A stretch of DNA of 64,000 bases from Veleropilina oligotropha (lineage: Eukaryota), in NCBI GenBank assembly GCA_048128005.1, contig JBEUKZ010000060.1:62001-126000 (forward strand), written 5' to 3'. Shown one piece after another: positions 1 to 14,035 of this stretch. Positions within the stretch are counted from its first letter, which is position 1. Every line of letters starts with the position of its first letter. The notes below the pieces were generated by a model. It did not search any database, was not told the DNA's origin, and worked only from the letters and a program-made list of their open reading frames with translations. A program made the position numbers and the translations under genes.

Positions 1-123
1 GAGTAAGGATTGTGGTCAAGTGACAGCAAAATTTAGGTTCTAAGCGCCTGGAACCATTAACACTTACTAAAATTTACCAATTTTACCCCGGAATCTGTTT
101 GCCAGTTAGTAGATAGTAAATGT

Positions 124-525
124 ATAATAATAATAATAATAATGGACATTTGTATTGCGCCATATCCACCCACGAATGCATGCTAATAGTGCCACATTGA
201 TATAAATACACGAGTTAATATACGTAATACAGCCGAAATAAGTAAGTTTTCAGCAATGCTATGAATGAGTTCAGAGATGGAGACTGAGAGGTGAAGAAGC
301 TTATTCCATAGGGTCGATGCTGCATGTGCAAACGATCGATAACCGAAAGATTTCAGTTTTCGTTTGGGAATAACGAGCAGTTTTTGATTCTCAGATCCGA
401 GGCATCTGCATGGCGCATACACAGAGATAAGTTCAGACAGGTAGTCGGGGGCTGTTTTGTCAATACACTGGTACGTTATAGATAACAGCTTGTACTCGAT
501 TCTCGCCTTTACTGGTAGCCAATGT
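124..525 (-). mobile_element. 3' end of an L2/CR1-group LINE (5'-truncated)
   Basis: ORF 183..587(-) contains HWLPVKARIEYK...APDYLSELI...SFGYRSF..AA..LWN.L, the typical L2 ORF2 C-terminus. A (TTA)n tail is read on the minus strand at 124-142. Confidence 0.85.
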
Positions 526-1685
526 GCACCTTTAGGTTTAGAGTGTTTCAATGTATGCCCTGGCATCACTTTGAAATCGAAGGCCATAGTGGAGATCAGC
601 TGCCACAGAGGATCATTCTCAATCTAGCTTTGACAGAGTGAGTTTGACTCTTGTCTCAAAGACTTATCAGTAGTGCAAGATAGTCTGCAACCGGGAGAGA
701 CTGATGGGTTTCACCAGATATTCCCATAATAATGTTGACTCGCTCAATATCCGGATTTATGTCCCATATAATCATAGATGTTAAAATTGGGAAATAAACT
801 CAAATTCAAATCAAATTTAAAAATGGTAAGGCCTGTTAATTGACATGAGACTGGTTTAATAGGCATATCCTCTATTTAGTCCTAAATGAAAATTTGGGTG
901 GCGTCCCTAAATTATGTCACAATAGACTATAAAACAGAACATCACATACAAATCAAGCTGTGACGGCCATTGTGATCATTAGCTTTGCATTTGATTCCTT
1001 ATAATCTCATGACCTGTAGTGCATTGTTTTAAACTGCAATTCCTGGTTTGTGTCTATATTTGTGTGTTGCTTTACCGCATTTGCGTTGTTTACTGTACTG
1101 GAGCTGTGGAGTTGTTGTGAATCCCGCTCTGCCTCCTTAAGTACACTCGCATCTACTGGTCAGCTGTAGGATTTGTTTGTTGTTTCCAGCACGGGATTCT
1201 GTTTCGGTGTAAGCATATAGAGCAATCAGTTCAGGTGTCTTTGACTCAAATTGAGGTGTAGGGCAGTTGTGGGTGAAACTAAGGTGAAACTTGGGAGAAA
1301 GATAGAGAGATGCCCATTCTGAATAAATATTGGATATGGACATACACCTACAAATATTCTGATATGAATTTTGTTTTAGGAACAGCTGATTTTATAATAA
1401 TAAGTAATGTATAAAATGGACACAAAAACCTATATTTAAGGGTGTCTTTTCAGTATTTGACTGAAAATTGTAAATATAGCTTTTATAGTCTATAACTTTT
1501 TGCTCTAAGAACTCACACTTCGTCATTGCCTCCATGGTAATAGGCCTGTTGCATTAAAAACATATCTCGAAAATCCTTCTGATCTAAGCTACGATGACAT
1601 GTATAATGAATAATTATGTCCCGAGACGATAGTCTTGTACCGTACCAATTAATGTATGCTGATTTGGTTGAAGGTTTTTATGAAG

Positions 1686-2732
1686 AACAAGAGTGCCAGG
1701 TCACAATATACGCCCGTCCCAATGTTCTATTGAAGTCACGAGCAAATTGTTTGCAAAATAATGAAACATTTTCGCATGAACAAATGTGATGAATGATGGA
1801 TGAAATTTGCTGAGTCGTCAATCAGACTCTGTAGAAAGTCAATTTTGCATAATTTACATAATTCAAGAGCCATATTACATGATAATTTGAACCCCAACCA
1901 ATTGACCAGAGTGACATTAGACACTGAATACAGTCTGCTCTTGTATAATGGCAACATATACTGCCATTTCAAGATACCATTGGACTTAACCAATGTGAAT
2001 GAGAAGGCTATTTTCAAAATCAGTTTAATTTCCGATTTTGAAAATCCCAGCTTCACAGACTGACCATTAAGCTTAACAGCTTACTGTGCCTATTGGCAGT
2101 GAGCAAGTCTTACAGATAACCATATGTCATTTACCATTGTACACACATAATATTTATAAAAGTATATTAAACAAACAAACTTAGTCCTCTAAAATTCTAT
2201 TTGTTATCAAAGAAAGAATGTTAATGTATAATGCTCAATACTTCAAGGCATGTTCAAACTTCTCAGTTATATTTCAAGGGGGATAACTCTAGATATCGAA
2301 CTTGACCTTTTGGTGAAGAATGATTACAAATTGCTCAAGTGAGCGAGTGGACAATGAATTATGTCAATTTTGCATATTTCAAGGGGCATAACTCTAGTTC
2401 TAACGGTCCGATGATGCTGGCTATCGAACTTGACCTATATATTATCGCTACAAACATCTTTACCAAGTTTGTTGAAGAATGAATACAAATTGCTCGAGTT
2501 ATCGAGCGGACATGTCAATTTTACATAATTCAAGGGCCATACCTCTAGTTCTAACGGTCCGATGACACTGGCTGTCGAACTTGACCTAGATATTATCGCT
2601 ACAAATATATTTACCAAGTTTGGTCAAGATCGGATGAAAATTACTCCAGTTATTGAGCGGACAACTTCTATCAGCCCGTCCGCCCGACGTGGGTGAAAAC
2701 ATAATACGTCCCGTAAACTGGCGTATAAAAAA
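1686..2732 (-). mobile_element. Non-autonomous Helentron/HINE-like element, family A, copy 1
   Basis: Termini are reverse complements of the + copy ends (ACGGGACGTATTATGTTTTCACCCA at ~9125; GTATATTGTGACCTGGCACTCTTGTT at 13975-14000). Carries internal tandem units containing CTAGTTCTAACGGTCCGATGA. Confidence 0.7.
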
Positions 2733-2888
2733 GGTCTACATATTGAATGAATATCAGTATCAAACCTTATAAGATAAAGCTACAGACCTGTCAACATTAG
2801 GAAATGCCAGAAAGAGAGATTTCTTCGACGAAACTATATGCACATAAAATTTAAATATATTATGCATGTGTGCGTGCATGTGTATATA

Positions 2889-3770
2889 TTAGAGTTAGGT
2901 ATTGCAAAAATTTTCGTATCGCAATTATTATATATTGCAATACAAACGATCATATTTCAATACGTATTGCAATATATTTCCTACTGGTCAATATGAATGT
3001 AGTCCACATATCGTATGGCAGTACACAGACAAATATAGTATTTTCCTATTAGTATTATTATATTGACCCTTACTACTGGCACATGTTTGCAGGGTTTGTA
3101 AGCAAAGACGATACAAATTCATTTATAAAGTGTGAAAATATACTAGTAACGCAATTTGCGGTACAAAAATCCAGGCGACCGCGACATGAAGGTATCACGT
3201 GAACGCATTTGAATGTTTACCGAATGAATAAGACATCGATCGATATTTTCAGGTGTCATTTCTATTCCAATACGCGAATTTTAATGATGTGCAACTTAGA
3301 AGACATCACAAGATTTTCCAATAGATAATACACCATAATGGTAGTCTTCATGATGAAAACGAAGAAAAAATGGCGAAATATATTAACTTTGGACCAAATA
3401 ACTAATTTTATTCGGCGATATTATTCATATTGTCGACAATTGCGTAACTTACTAAACATGGAAAATTACAAGTTTGATTTATAATATTGCCTCGGAGCTC
3501 GCGATGCGACTTGAAATTTCTCGAACGACAAAATGAAGTCGCAAACGCAACAAATTTAGCCGCACTGGTTGATGCATATAAAATGCACCGACAATTATAC
3601 GAATGGTATTATTAGCAAATGTGAACATTATTTGTTGTATTTGAATGCTCTACGCGCATAGTTATGTCTGCCTAAAAATATCGCCCCAAAACTGGTATGC
3701 CAGCAGCATATCGCGATACGCATATTGCGGATAGCTAAATCGCAGTATACCGGTTATATCGCGCACCCCT
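2889..3770. mobile_element. Degenerate hAT-like MITE
   Basis: TAGAG.../...CCCTA ends with CGATA/TATCG-rich subterminal repeats; flanked by GTATATAT/ATATATAT (possible 8-bp TSD). Confidence 0.4.
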
Positions 3771-4360
3771 AATATATATATATATATATATAAAAAATAA
3801 TTTATTTATTTTTAAAAGTCGTAATGACGGGACGTTCCTGACAGATACGGGAGCATTGACAGGTCTGAAGCTAAGCTGTAATATAATAAAATTAAGTATA
3901 AAAATATTTATTTTAATTACAATAATGATGATCAACAAAAATGTGTCATTATTGTTATACATATGCAAAATTTTGTGAATTTGTGAACCATTTACTTGTA
4001 TAAAAATCTAAATTTTTATCCCAATCTGTAGAAGAAAAAATGAATGTTTCTCATTTCAGACATGGATTTTATCAATCATTAAACCATTGTTACGACGTCA
4101 TCGTATCGTCTGTACCCATGGTTTATCAAATCTTATTGACAGACCACTGAAATTACTTTCAAATGCTAATAATGAGTTTATTATAATCATATATTACATT
4201 TTTGCAGCGGTTTAATAGTTAAATCACACAACTTGTCTAATCGTAGAACAACTCGGCGCTATGCTGGTCATGGTTTACCTATGGCCTTCTACGATTGGAC
4301 AATCAAACCTCGTGGTATATTGTGACATATACGTAGTTAATACGTTTCACCTTAATCAAT

Positions 4361-4605
4361 GTGGTCTCGAGTGCCGATCCTGAAATCACTGGTTTGATTG
4401 TGCTAAGTAACAGGAGTGGGGTTGAATTTTGGTTTAGGCAATGGCATTGTTTATACAGTTAACGATCGCAGTTGTCCGTAACTGGCCGGAGAAGGCAGAT
4501 TTCCCTGGGCGACCGGGCTTTCCTCCCGCGATAATATGCGATAATGGACATGTCCTGCTTTGAATCTGAAGGTAGTAACATATATACAGAACAATAAGCA
4601 TTGAT
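4361..4605 (+). mobile_element. Old, diverged copy of the tRNA-derived SINE
   Basis: Shares CAGTTGTCCGTAACTGGCCG, GGGCGACCGGGCTTTCCTCCCGCGATAA and GGACATGTCCTGCTTTGAA with the full copies. Confidence 0.75.
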
Positions 4606-4979
4606 CAAATCCAGTCATATCACCGTTTCATTCATGAAACTTCTTTTATTTCAGCAGTGTCAGTTTGCCCCTGACGAGCACTGATGGCGACCAGAACTCG
4701 ACCTCTGGATGCAGGTAGGTGGCGCATGGCCCTAGGAACACAAAATATATCACTCTTATTTTTCCATTTGATCAATGGCCAACAAATAGCATACATATAT
4801 GTAACACATTTCAATGCAGGTCACATATTATGTCTCGAAAATCATATATCATATATACACAAAAATCTATATATAGTTGTTACTGTTTTATCTTAACAAC
4901 ACTGCTAGCATTAAACTCGTGAATCGGTTGATATTTACCATAATTGTTAAAATTTTAATTAGTAGCATCAAATTCAAGG

Positions 4980-5580
4980 AAAACAAGGCAATCCGAGATT
5001 GCAAACGTTCGCCCCGGTGGCAAGGAATAGTGAAAACATTTTGAGCCTAATTTGAAGTTTGTACCGCGAATTGTTCTAGCGCTAGAGCCGAAAATCTTCT
5101 AACCAGAAAATTCATCATAAAATCTGCATCCACTTTCCGAATCCGATTATCTTTAATGAGGACCGAGCCTAGGGTGAGCCCTATATTGTGTCAAAAATTG
5201 GATCAATGGTCATTGAGATAGAGCCATAAATCCGCAAACTGGAAATTGCATCAAAATCTGGATCCAATTTCCGATTTGGATCATCTTTGAGGAGGCCCGA
5301 GTCTAGGTGGATCCTATCTCGTGTAAAAATTAAGTAAATCGGATCAATGGTTGTTGCGATATGCTCGCGGACAAACAATGCGCAAACCGGAAATTACGAA
5401 ATTGCGTCATAAAATCTGGATCCGCTTTCCGATTCGGATCATCTTTGAGGAGGAGAGAACATAGGGTGGATCTTATCTTGTGTACAAAAATTGAGTTGTT
5501 GAGATATGCTCACGGACAGACAGACAAACTGATCCAATTGCATTATCTTCTCCAACCGCTGCATGGGCGAAGGTAATTAG
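4980..5580 (-). mobile_element. HINE-like element related to 39615-40650
   Basis: GCAATCCGAGATTGCAAAC terminal hairpin, CAGA microsatellite near the other end, internal ~150 bp tandem units. Confidence 0.5.
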
Positions 5581-5871
5581 TCCAAACATATAGACCCCGC
5601 CAAATACCGAGGAACATCTAACCTTGCGTGATAATAATAATAATCATAAATACTCCTTAGCGCATTATTCCACTAATGTCTCAATGCACAGAACATTATT
5701 TTCTCGTATATGTAATAGACTGATTTTTACCAATACTGGAAAATCCTATCAGGAGCACTTTGTATTCCTACGCACGTCGTCTACACTTACTTCATGCACA
5801 TAGTGTCAGTGAGATTGTTCGAGATTTAATATGTTATAAGTTTAAATTTAACATCTTGTTGACTTTTGCAA

Positions 5872-7178
5872 TTATTATACACGTACACCCGTATACTGGA
5901 CGTATTATGATTTCACCCACGTTGGGCAGGCAGGCGGATAGTAGTCTGCTAAATAACTGGAGTAATTTTCATCCAATTGTAATCTAACTATGTTAAGATG
6001 TTTGTAGCGATATAATAAGGTCCAGGTTAAGTTCGATAGACCGCATCATCGGACCATTAGAACAAGAGTTATGGCCCTTGAAATATGCAAATTTGACATA
6101 ATACAGTATTACACAATGTCTGCTCGAGTTATCGAGAAATTTTTATGCCCCCAACAATTTATTGGAGGGGGGCATTTAGATTTACCCTTGTTCGTCCGTA
6201 TCATCACGAAAACGAGTATTTGCGTGCAAGTAACTCCATTCTGCTATAGCTTCCATCTGCCTTCATGGTTTGACTTGCTACTTCATACACTTGCTTATCA
6301 TCATCATCATTCATACTCCCTTCTGCGACCCATCCATGTCACCCCCTATGCCCAAGGTGAAGGTTAAATGACTTGGCTCTTCGGACCAGTATCTGTGTGC
6401 GAGTAACTCCATTCTGCTATAACTTCCATCTGCCTTCATGGATTAACTTGATACTTCATACACTTGATTATCATCATTCATACTTCGCTTTTGTGACCCA
6501 CCCATGTCAACCCTATGCCCAAGGTCAAATGACTTAGCTCTTTGGACTATATTTGCATGCGAGTATAACTCCATTCTGCTATAACTTTCTTCTGCCTTCA
6601 TGGATTGACTTGATACTTCATACACTTGCTTATCATCATTCATACTTCCCTTCTGCGATCCACCCATGTCGCCCCTATGCCGAAGGTCAAGGTCAAATGA
6701 CTTCGCTTTTCGTACCAGTATTTGCATGCGGGTATAACTCCATTCTGCTATAACTTCCATCTGCCTTCATGGATTGACTTGATACTTCATACACTTGTTT
6801 ATCATCGTTCATACTTCCCTTCTGCGACCCACCCATGTCGCCCCTATGCCCAAGGTCAAGCTCAAATGACTTTTCGGACCAGTATTTGCATGCAAATAAT
6901 TTCATTCTAATGTAACTTCCATCTGCCTTCATGGATTGACTTGATACTTCATACACTTGGTAAGGATGTTTAGGAAAATCAGATCTATCGGACCATTAGA
7001 ACCAGCGGTTTGGTTCTTCAATTTTGTTTGTTACTAGGTCCGATCGACGACTGGCAAATTATATATTCATTATTGACTGCATTTGTTCAAGTGAAAATGT
7101 TTCATTCTGTAGCAAATATTGTCATGTCATCAGTAGAACATTGAGACAGGTGTATATTGTGACCTGACACTCTTGCTT
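5872..7178 (+). mobile_element. HINE family A copy interrupted by a family B array
   Basis: 5' part matches GGACGTATTATG.TTTCACCCA; the 3' end GTATATTGTGACCTGACACTCTTG at ~7152-7176 matches the 13975-14000 end. Confidence 0.6.
6140..6958 (+). repeat. HINE family B: hairpin head plus ~160 bp tandem array
   Basis: Head TTTATGCCCCC...GGGGGCATTTAGATTTACCCTTGT, then ~5 units containing AACTCCATTCTGCTATAACTTCCATCTGCCTTCATGGATTGACTTGATACTTCATACACTTG. Confidence 0.85.
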
Positions 7179-7699
7179 CAAGTTGTTTTAGGTGCGAGAA
7201 AAATAATCAAGCACCACATTTGAGTCTCGTGTGGGATGGTTCAACATCCATTGGCAACTTATCAAATCCTTCGTCACTGAACCATCCCACCTCGACTGAT
7301 ATTTCTCTATCTAGAACTCAATGTGGTGCTTGCTTTATTACTCCCTGTTTATGGACCTGTCCCGCTCGATATATATGCCATCTCAACTCCCTCAGGGAGA
7401 ATTACATGCGGGCAGCGCTGTGACTTACATAACTGCCAACCATGTACCCAGTCAGATCGGCTGGGTGGACTGAGGAAAATATATGCTTATTTCCATACCC
7501 AAGTGAAATCGCCAAGCCAGGGAAGGTCACGCGGGACTTTATCACTAGAGTCTCATGAAGAAACCACTGAGCCACAGTAACTGCACATATGACAATTAAT
7601 AGTAAACTTTTAGTTTGAATATTCAGTTTTGTATGAATATTCAACTACTGTACTAAAATCAGAAAACATAGCATTACTAATTGATTGACATGTGATAAC

Positions 7700-8200
7700 A
7701 GAGACTATAGTACCGGTTTCTGCTAACGGCCTGCAATATTAATGCTCATTAGAAGAATTTTACAAATTTGGGCAAAACTGGGACTTCACTCTTGACACGT
7801 TCAGCTCCCAATATTCCTAGTCCAACAGCCTACTAAAGAATACCATCTAGGTAATTACATGCAAATTCTGTAATGCGAAAGCCAAAGTAAATTATCAATT
7901 AATAAGCATCCTTTTCAACCATACTTTGAGTCGCCGACTTCGAGTCACTGATGGCCTGTTATTGTGTTAAAACGACTAACAGTACGTATAGACTCACTGA
8001 GCAATCACGACAGTCTAACATTGTCACATAACTTACAGAAGAAATATCAAGACGTCTCATCCGAGCTCTTACAGCCCGTATACAAGGGTGAAAATGTCCG
8101 CATCCGTACTGGTACGCATCTATGGCAACCAGTTGTCGGTATATGCACCTATTCTACCCCTGATGGATACAACTGATATAATATATGTAACCATTCAGCA
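7700..8200 (+). pseudogene. Degenerate Gypsy/Ty3 integrase fragment
   Basis: Translates as VSANGLQY*CSLEEFYKFGQNWDFTLDTFSSQYS*SNSLL, matching the SDNGPQY.S.EF..F...W.F.H.TSSP.YPQSNG integrase core; followed by KGENVRIR..W.P. Confidence 0.55.
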
Positions 8201-10759
8201 CACCTTGTAACAGGTTATTAGCAGAATCTAATTTACATTTAGATAAGTGCTAGCTTTAAAAAATAGAGATCAAACCACATCATGGCTAGATCAAGTTATG
8301 ATATTGTATTTTTTTTTAAATTTATAGGTTTACAGAGATTTTAACATGGAAGCTTTAAGCATGGATGTGGTAAATTTTATCACAACAACTTTTTCTATTT
8401 TGAGAGATGTTAGCTTTCTGAAACCTCACAGATGAACAAACCACACCATGGGATAGATCAAGTTCAAACATTGGGAATTTATTTTGTAAGCTTGTTGTTA
8501 TTTGGGTCTGCTGTGACGTAGGTCAGCGGATCTTTTCTGATACCACTTTGTATGGCTGTCATCTGTCCGTCTGTCTGTCGGATTCAGAAAATCTTGTTTC
8601 TGAGGCAATTTTTGACTTAAAATATCTCCGAAACTGTCTGATGGCTTTTTTATGTCGTGACATTTTTGTAAAAAAGAACACAACATTATGAATACATGTA
8701 TATATATATATATATATCAGCAGATTTACGGGAAAACTACCGGCTCAATTTTTTCCAAAATTGTTATATACATTCACAAGACTATTTGTAGGTCGTGTAT
8801 ATAACTTTCATGACAAAATTTCGTAAAATTTGCTTTTAGCAGGCATTTTTATGCATATTTCCTATATAATCAGTACAAAATAATTTTCATGACATCATTT
8901 TGTCGCAGGATTTGACTTCATTTTCCATTGAACTTCATAAAACGTGACGTCATATTTCGTATCCGCAGCTAACAGAGAGTCAATGATTCATAATATTTTA
9001 AATTTGTTTATAAATGTTTAAATTTGGAACATAGTCGCTGCAAGGATGAATGCGGCCAATTTTCTCATTACTTTTTCTCATTACTTTTTTTATGTAGAGA
9101 AACATCATTTTTTTTCACCTGCTTACGGGACGTATTATGTTTTCACCCAAGATGGGCGGGCGGATAGAAGTTGTACGCTCAATAACTGGAGTAATTTTCA
9201 TCCAATCTAGACCAAACTTGGTAAAGATGTTTCTAGCGATAATATGTAGGTCAAGTTCGATATCCAGCATCATCGGACCATTAGAACTAGAGTTATGGCC
9301 CTTGCAATATGCAAAATTGACAAAATACAGTGTCCACTCAATAAGTTGAGCATTTTTTATTCCTTATTCACCAAACTTGGTAAAGATGCTTGTAGCGATA
9401 ATATCTAGGTCGAGTTCAATATCCAGCGGCATCGGACCGTTACAACTAGAGTTATGGCCCTTGAACTATGTAAAATCGACATGTCCGCTCAATAATGCAA
9501 GCAATTTTTATTCGTTCTTCGCCAAACTTGGTAAAGATGTTTCTAGCGATAATATCTAGGTCAAGTTCAACAGCCAGCTTCATCGCACCGTTAGAACTAG
9601 AGTTATGGCCCTTGCAATAAGCAAAATTGACACAATTAATGCGCAGTGTCCGCTCAATAAGTCCAGCAATTTGTATCCATTCTTCACCAAACTTGGTAAA
9701 GATATTTGTAGCGATATTACCTAGGTCAAGTTCGATAGTCTGCATCATTGGTGTGTTAGAACTAGAGTTATGGTACTTGAATTATGTAAAATTGACATGT
9801 CCATGCACTCAGTAACGCGAACAATTGAAGAGTTCATTTCCAAAACGCGATATATCCATTCTGGTACATTGTTGGGAAATGTGATAAAACGTAAAATGAT
9901 AAAGGGTCAACGTGAACAGAAGTATAATATCGTATCATTAGCAAAACCAATAGATGAAAACCTCTAATGTCAATCTATAAAATCATTTTGAAAATTAATT
10001 TACATATGATAAAATCATACTTTTGAATGAATATTTGGATAGATATTTCGCAAAATGCGACATATCCATTTAATTCAATAACGTATGTTTTGCATTGTTC
10101 TTTTTTGTCGCACAAACAGCATTGGTCATATTGATACATGCCCACATTAAGGTGGTAGGAAAGCCTCTGGTTCATAAAATTTAATGTCATCAAAGTCTTT
10201 CATAGCTTAAAATGTACAAGTTGAAGATGCACATTTTAGCAATGTAATTATGGGCGTCGCCATTATCGATGAAGCTGATTGGTCGATGGATATATCGGTG
10301 TTTGCTAAATTAGGCATATGTCATATATCTCTGTTTGGAATGAATGGGTTTTTCCGTCGTTGTATAATGTTGGATATACCGCTATTTACCACTAAATAGA
10401 TCAGAGTACATGATGCAGATACATTAACTGTATAAAAATTACACATTTGTGCAAAATGTATAAATATGGCATATATCACGTTTTGGAAATGGACTCCTCA
10501 ATTGTTAATCATTATTCATCAAACTTGGGAAAGATGTTCCTTGAAATATGCAAAATATGCAAAATTGACAATACACAGTGTCCACTCGATAACTCGAGCA
10601 ATTTGTACTCATTCTACACCTAACATGTTTGTAGCGATAATATCTAGGGCAAGTTCGATACCCAGCGACATCGGGCCATTAGAACCAGAGTTATTCCACT
10701 TGAAATCTTCAATCTGACGTAAATAATGTAAACGAATGGTGCCAAGAAATTCAGATGAA

Positions 10760-13526
10760 ATTAAATGTGCTTAAAACATCTTGTAACAAAAGTTAGCATC
10801 AATTTCAACTAACAAATTAGACCTCACTCTTGATAATGAAGATATAAACTCGGTAGAGCAATGCAAACTTCTGGGCATACATATATATATATAGACAAAA
10901 ATCTGTCCTGGGATATTCAAATAGATAAACTCTGTTCCTCGATACTGGTCTTGATGGTATTGGACCAAGGTTACTTAACATGTCAGCTGATGTTATAGCA
11001 CATTCACTAACCTATATATTCAATTTGTCAATAAGTCTGTCCATCTTTCCAGACTCGCTAAAACATGCAAGAATTATGCCTATTCATAAGAAAGGAGATA
11101 AAACAAAGCCAGAAAACTACCGACCTATATCTATTTTACCAACCCTCTCTAAAATTTTGGAACTACATGTTTCAAAGAACATAATAGAATATCTAAATAA
11201 ATTTGAACTTCTTCAATCATCACAATCTGGCTTTCGTCAGAATCATTCATGTCAAACAGCACTTATAAAGATGACTGATGAATGGCTTCAATCAATGGAC
11301 AATGGACACATTACATGTGCTGCATTTATTGATTTGCAGAAGGCTTTTGACTTGGTAGACCACGACCTTCTACTTAAGAAACTAGATTTGTATGGACTCT
11401 GCAAACCAGTTATTTCATGGTTTCAGTCATATCTGTCGGATAGGCAACAATGTGTAGGTATAGGCAATGCCAAATCTCAATGTACAAATATTATGTATGG
11501 TGTTCCACAGGGTTCAATTTTGGGTCCACTACTTTTCCTAATATTTATTAATGATCTACCCCTTGATATAAAATCATCAATTACAGAGCTGTATGCAGAC
11601 GACACCACCCTTCACACTTCTGGGCCTGACTACGATAAATTAATTGCAGACCTTACGTCAGATATAAACAAGGCTAATGAATGGTGCAAGACAAACGGAA
11701 TGTTAATAAACATAAACAAAACAAAAACAATGACAATAGGAACCCATCAAAGACTATGCCATTCAAAAGAAAGAAAAATGGTGTAGTACTTGAAGGAAAC
11801 AAAATCGAAAATGTCCAATGCTTCAAACTCTTAGGAGTACAAGTTGATGATACGCTTTCGTGGAAATCTCATATAAAGCATATCTGTTCTATTATGACAT
11901 CTAGGGTTACACTTCTTCAACGAACTAAAAAATTCCTTCCACCTAAACTGAGAACACTCTTTTATAACAGTTACATATTACCACATATAGACTATTGCTG
12001 TGCAGTTTGGGGAAACTGCTCAAATGAAACACTTTATTGCATTGAAAAAATCCGAAAAAGAGCTGCTAGGGTCATTCTTGATGCTCCATACGATTATCCA
12101 AGTAATGAACTTTTTCAGAAATTGGGATGGCTCCACATCAAAGAAAGAATCACTTTACAGAAAGGAATTATGATGTATAAAGTGATGGATAAATCAGCTC
12201 CTAAATATCTCCAATCCAAATTTAAGTATACGTCAGAAACATGTGCTAAGCAAACAAGATCAGTGACAGGCAATAAACTGTCACTGCCAAAACCAAAAAC
12301 CAATTCATTAAAAAGGACATTTCAATATTCTGGAACTGAACTTTGGAATAAATTACCACAAGCTGTACAAAAATCAGAAACAATTAATATTTTCAAGAAA
12401 TCAATAAGACCCTATCTATGAACATTATTATGATTTGCTTGTGTGACTATATGTAATATATGTGTCACTGTGTATATATGTAAATATATTTTATATATAT
12501 GTCTTAAATTGATATGATCTCCTAGTATTGCTTGTCAATTTATAAAAAATGTATCTATATCTTTGCTAATGAACATTTTTCATTATTTTCTAACTGATGA
12601 CAAGGAGATTTTATGTCTCAGTCTCCTTTTGTATTTATGTATTTTAATTTTATTTAGAGGGACTCAGGGAAGATTGGCTTTCACGGCTAACTGTTCTCCC
12701 TCTATAAATAAAGCTTATTATTATTATTATTATTATCATCACGACTGTCTTTACTAAATCGTATTAAGAAATATTTACCGTTTGAATCCAGAAAAATCTA
12801 CTTTAATGCTTATATACTTCCACTTTTGGATTATTGCTCCTCAGTATATGGGGATCATGTACAAAATATAATACTGAAAGAGTAAAAAAACTGCAGAAAC
12901 GAGCTGCTAGACTAATACTTGAAGCAGACTATATGACCGCATCACTAGAAATGTTTAAAAAAATTAAATTTCTTCCCTATACAACAATGTATAGAATATC
13001 ACCAATACATTCTTATATACAAAGGTTTAAATTGTTTGGCTCCTGACTATATTAAAGACTGTCTTATTCCAATTTCAAATGTACATTCACGCAATTTAAG
13101 GTCTGCATCAAACATGATATTAAATGTACTTCATCCAAAAACAAATTTTCTAAAGAAATCCTTTTCGTATAATGGTCCCCAAACATGGAACAAATAGCCA
13201 CTCTCTGTCAGGAGCCAACCAACTCGATTTAGTTTTAAGAAAGAATGTTTTCAGTATTTATTTATAAACATTTAATGCAATTTAATATATGTTTAACATC
13301 TCTTTATTCTCTTCTTTTGTACATTTTTCTGAACTATCATATTACTTTTGTATTGCCATATATGCATTTGTTTCTAAGAACAAAATGTTTGTACTATTTA
13401 TTTGTTTCATTGTATATACTGTACATATTTTATTATACTTTACTTTGTTCATGAGGGCCTTATGGGAGATTAGTTTTATAAAGCTAAATAGGTTACCCTC
13501 TCAAAATAAAGTGTATTATTATTATT
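10760..13526 (+). mobile_element. Older 5'-truncated L2/CR1-group LINE split by a younger LINE
   Basis: 10780-10944 encodes LDLTLDNEDINSVEQCKLLGI..DKNLSW.IQI.KLCSSI; coding resumes at 12736 with SSRLSLLNRIKKYLP...YILPLLDYC. Ends with AATAAA and a TTA tail at ~13505-13526. Confidence 0.8.
10945..12735 (+). mobile_element. 5'-truncated L2/CR1-group LINE with RT domain (one frameshift)
   Basis: ORFs 10980..11786 and 11681..12421: NYRPISILP, QSGFR, DLQKAFD, GVPQGSILGP, YADD and LWNKLP motifs; AATAAA and (TTA)n tail at 12707-12735. Confidence 0.95.
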
Positions 13527-14035
13527 GAAATGTAACCGAGAAGTTTGAATATGCCTTGAGGTATTGAGCATTATGCATTAACATTATTTCTTTGAATACA
13601 TATAGAATTTTAGAAGAGTAAGTTTCTTTGTTTTGTATACTTATATAAATATTATGTGTGTAAATGGTAAATGACATGTGCTTACCTGTAAGACTTGCTC
13701 ACTGCCAATAGGCACAGTAAGCTGTTAATTAAGCTTAATGGTCAGTCTGTGGATCCGGAATTTTCAAAATCGGAAATTAAACTGATTTCGAAAACTGCCT
13801 TCCCATGGCCATTAACCAAGAGCAGACTGTATCCAGTGTCTAATGTCACTCTGGTCAACCGGTTACGGTTATAATTATCAGGTAATATGGCTCTTGAATT
13901 ATGTATTCATGCGAAAATGCTTCATTCTTTTGCAAACAATTAACGCATTAAATCAATAGAACATTGAGACAGGTGTATATTGTGACCTGGCACTCTTGTT
14001 TGTTATTGTAAATATTTTACTCTCTTTTATTTTAG

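Larger units (their letters stand above)
9108..14000 (+). mobile_element. HINE family A copy 2, expanded by nested LINEs
   Basis: Head at ~9110-9160, tandem units at 9200-9800 and 10550-10700; 3' part 13527-14000 is the reverse complement of 1686-2260. Confidence 0.65.

Noticed and set aside
4670..4710. CTGACGA hammerhead-like box
   Set aside because: No GAAA box or stem III follows.
6071..6956. Overlapping ORFs in satellite arrays (also 40835-42151, 49640-50707, 52707-53786)
   Set aside because: They recur with the repeat period and show no protein motifs.
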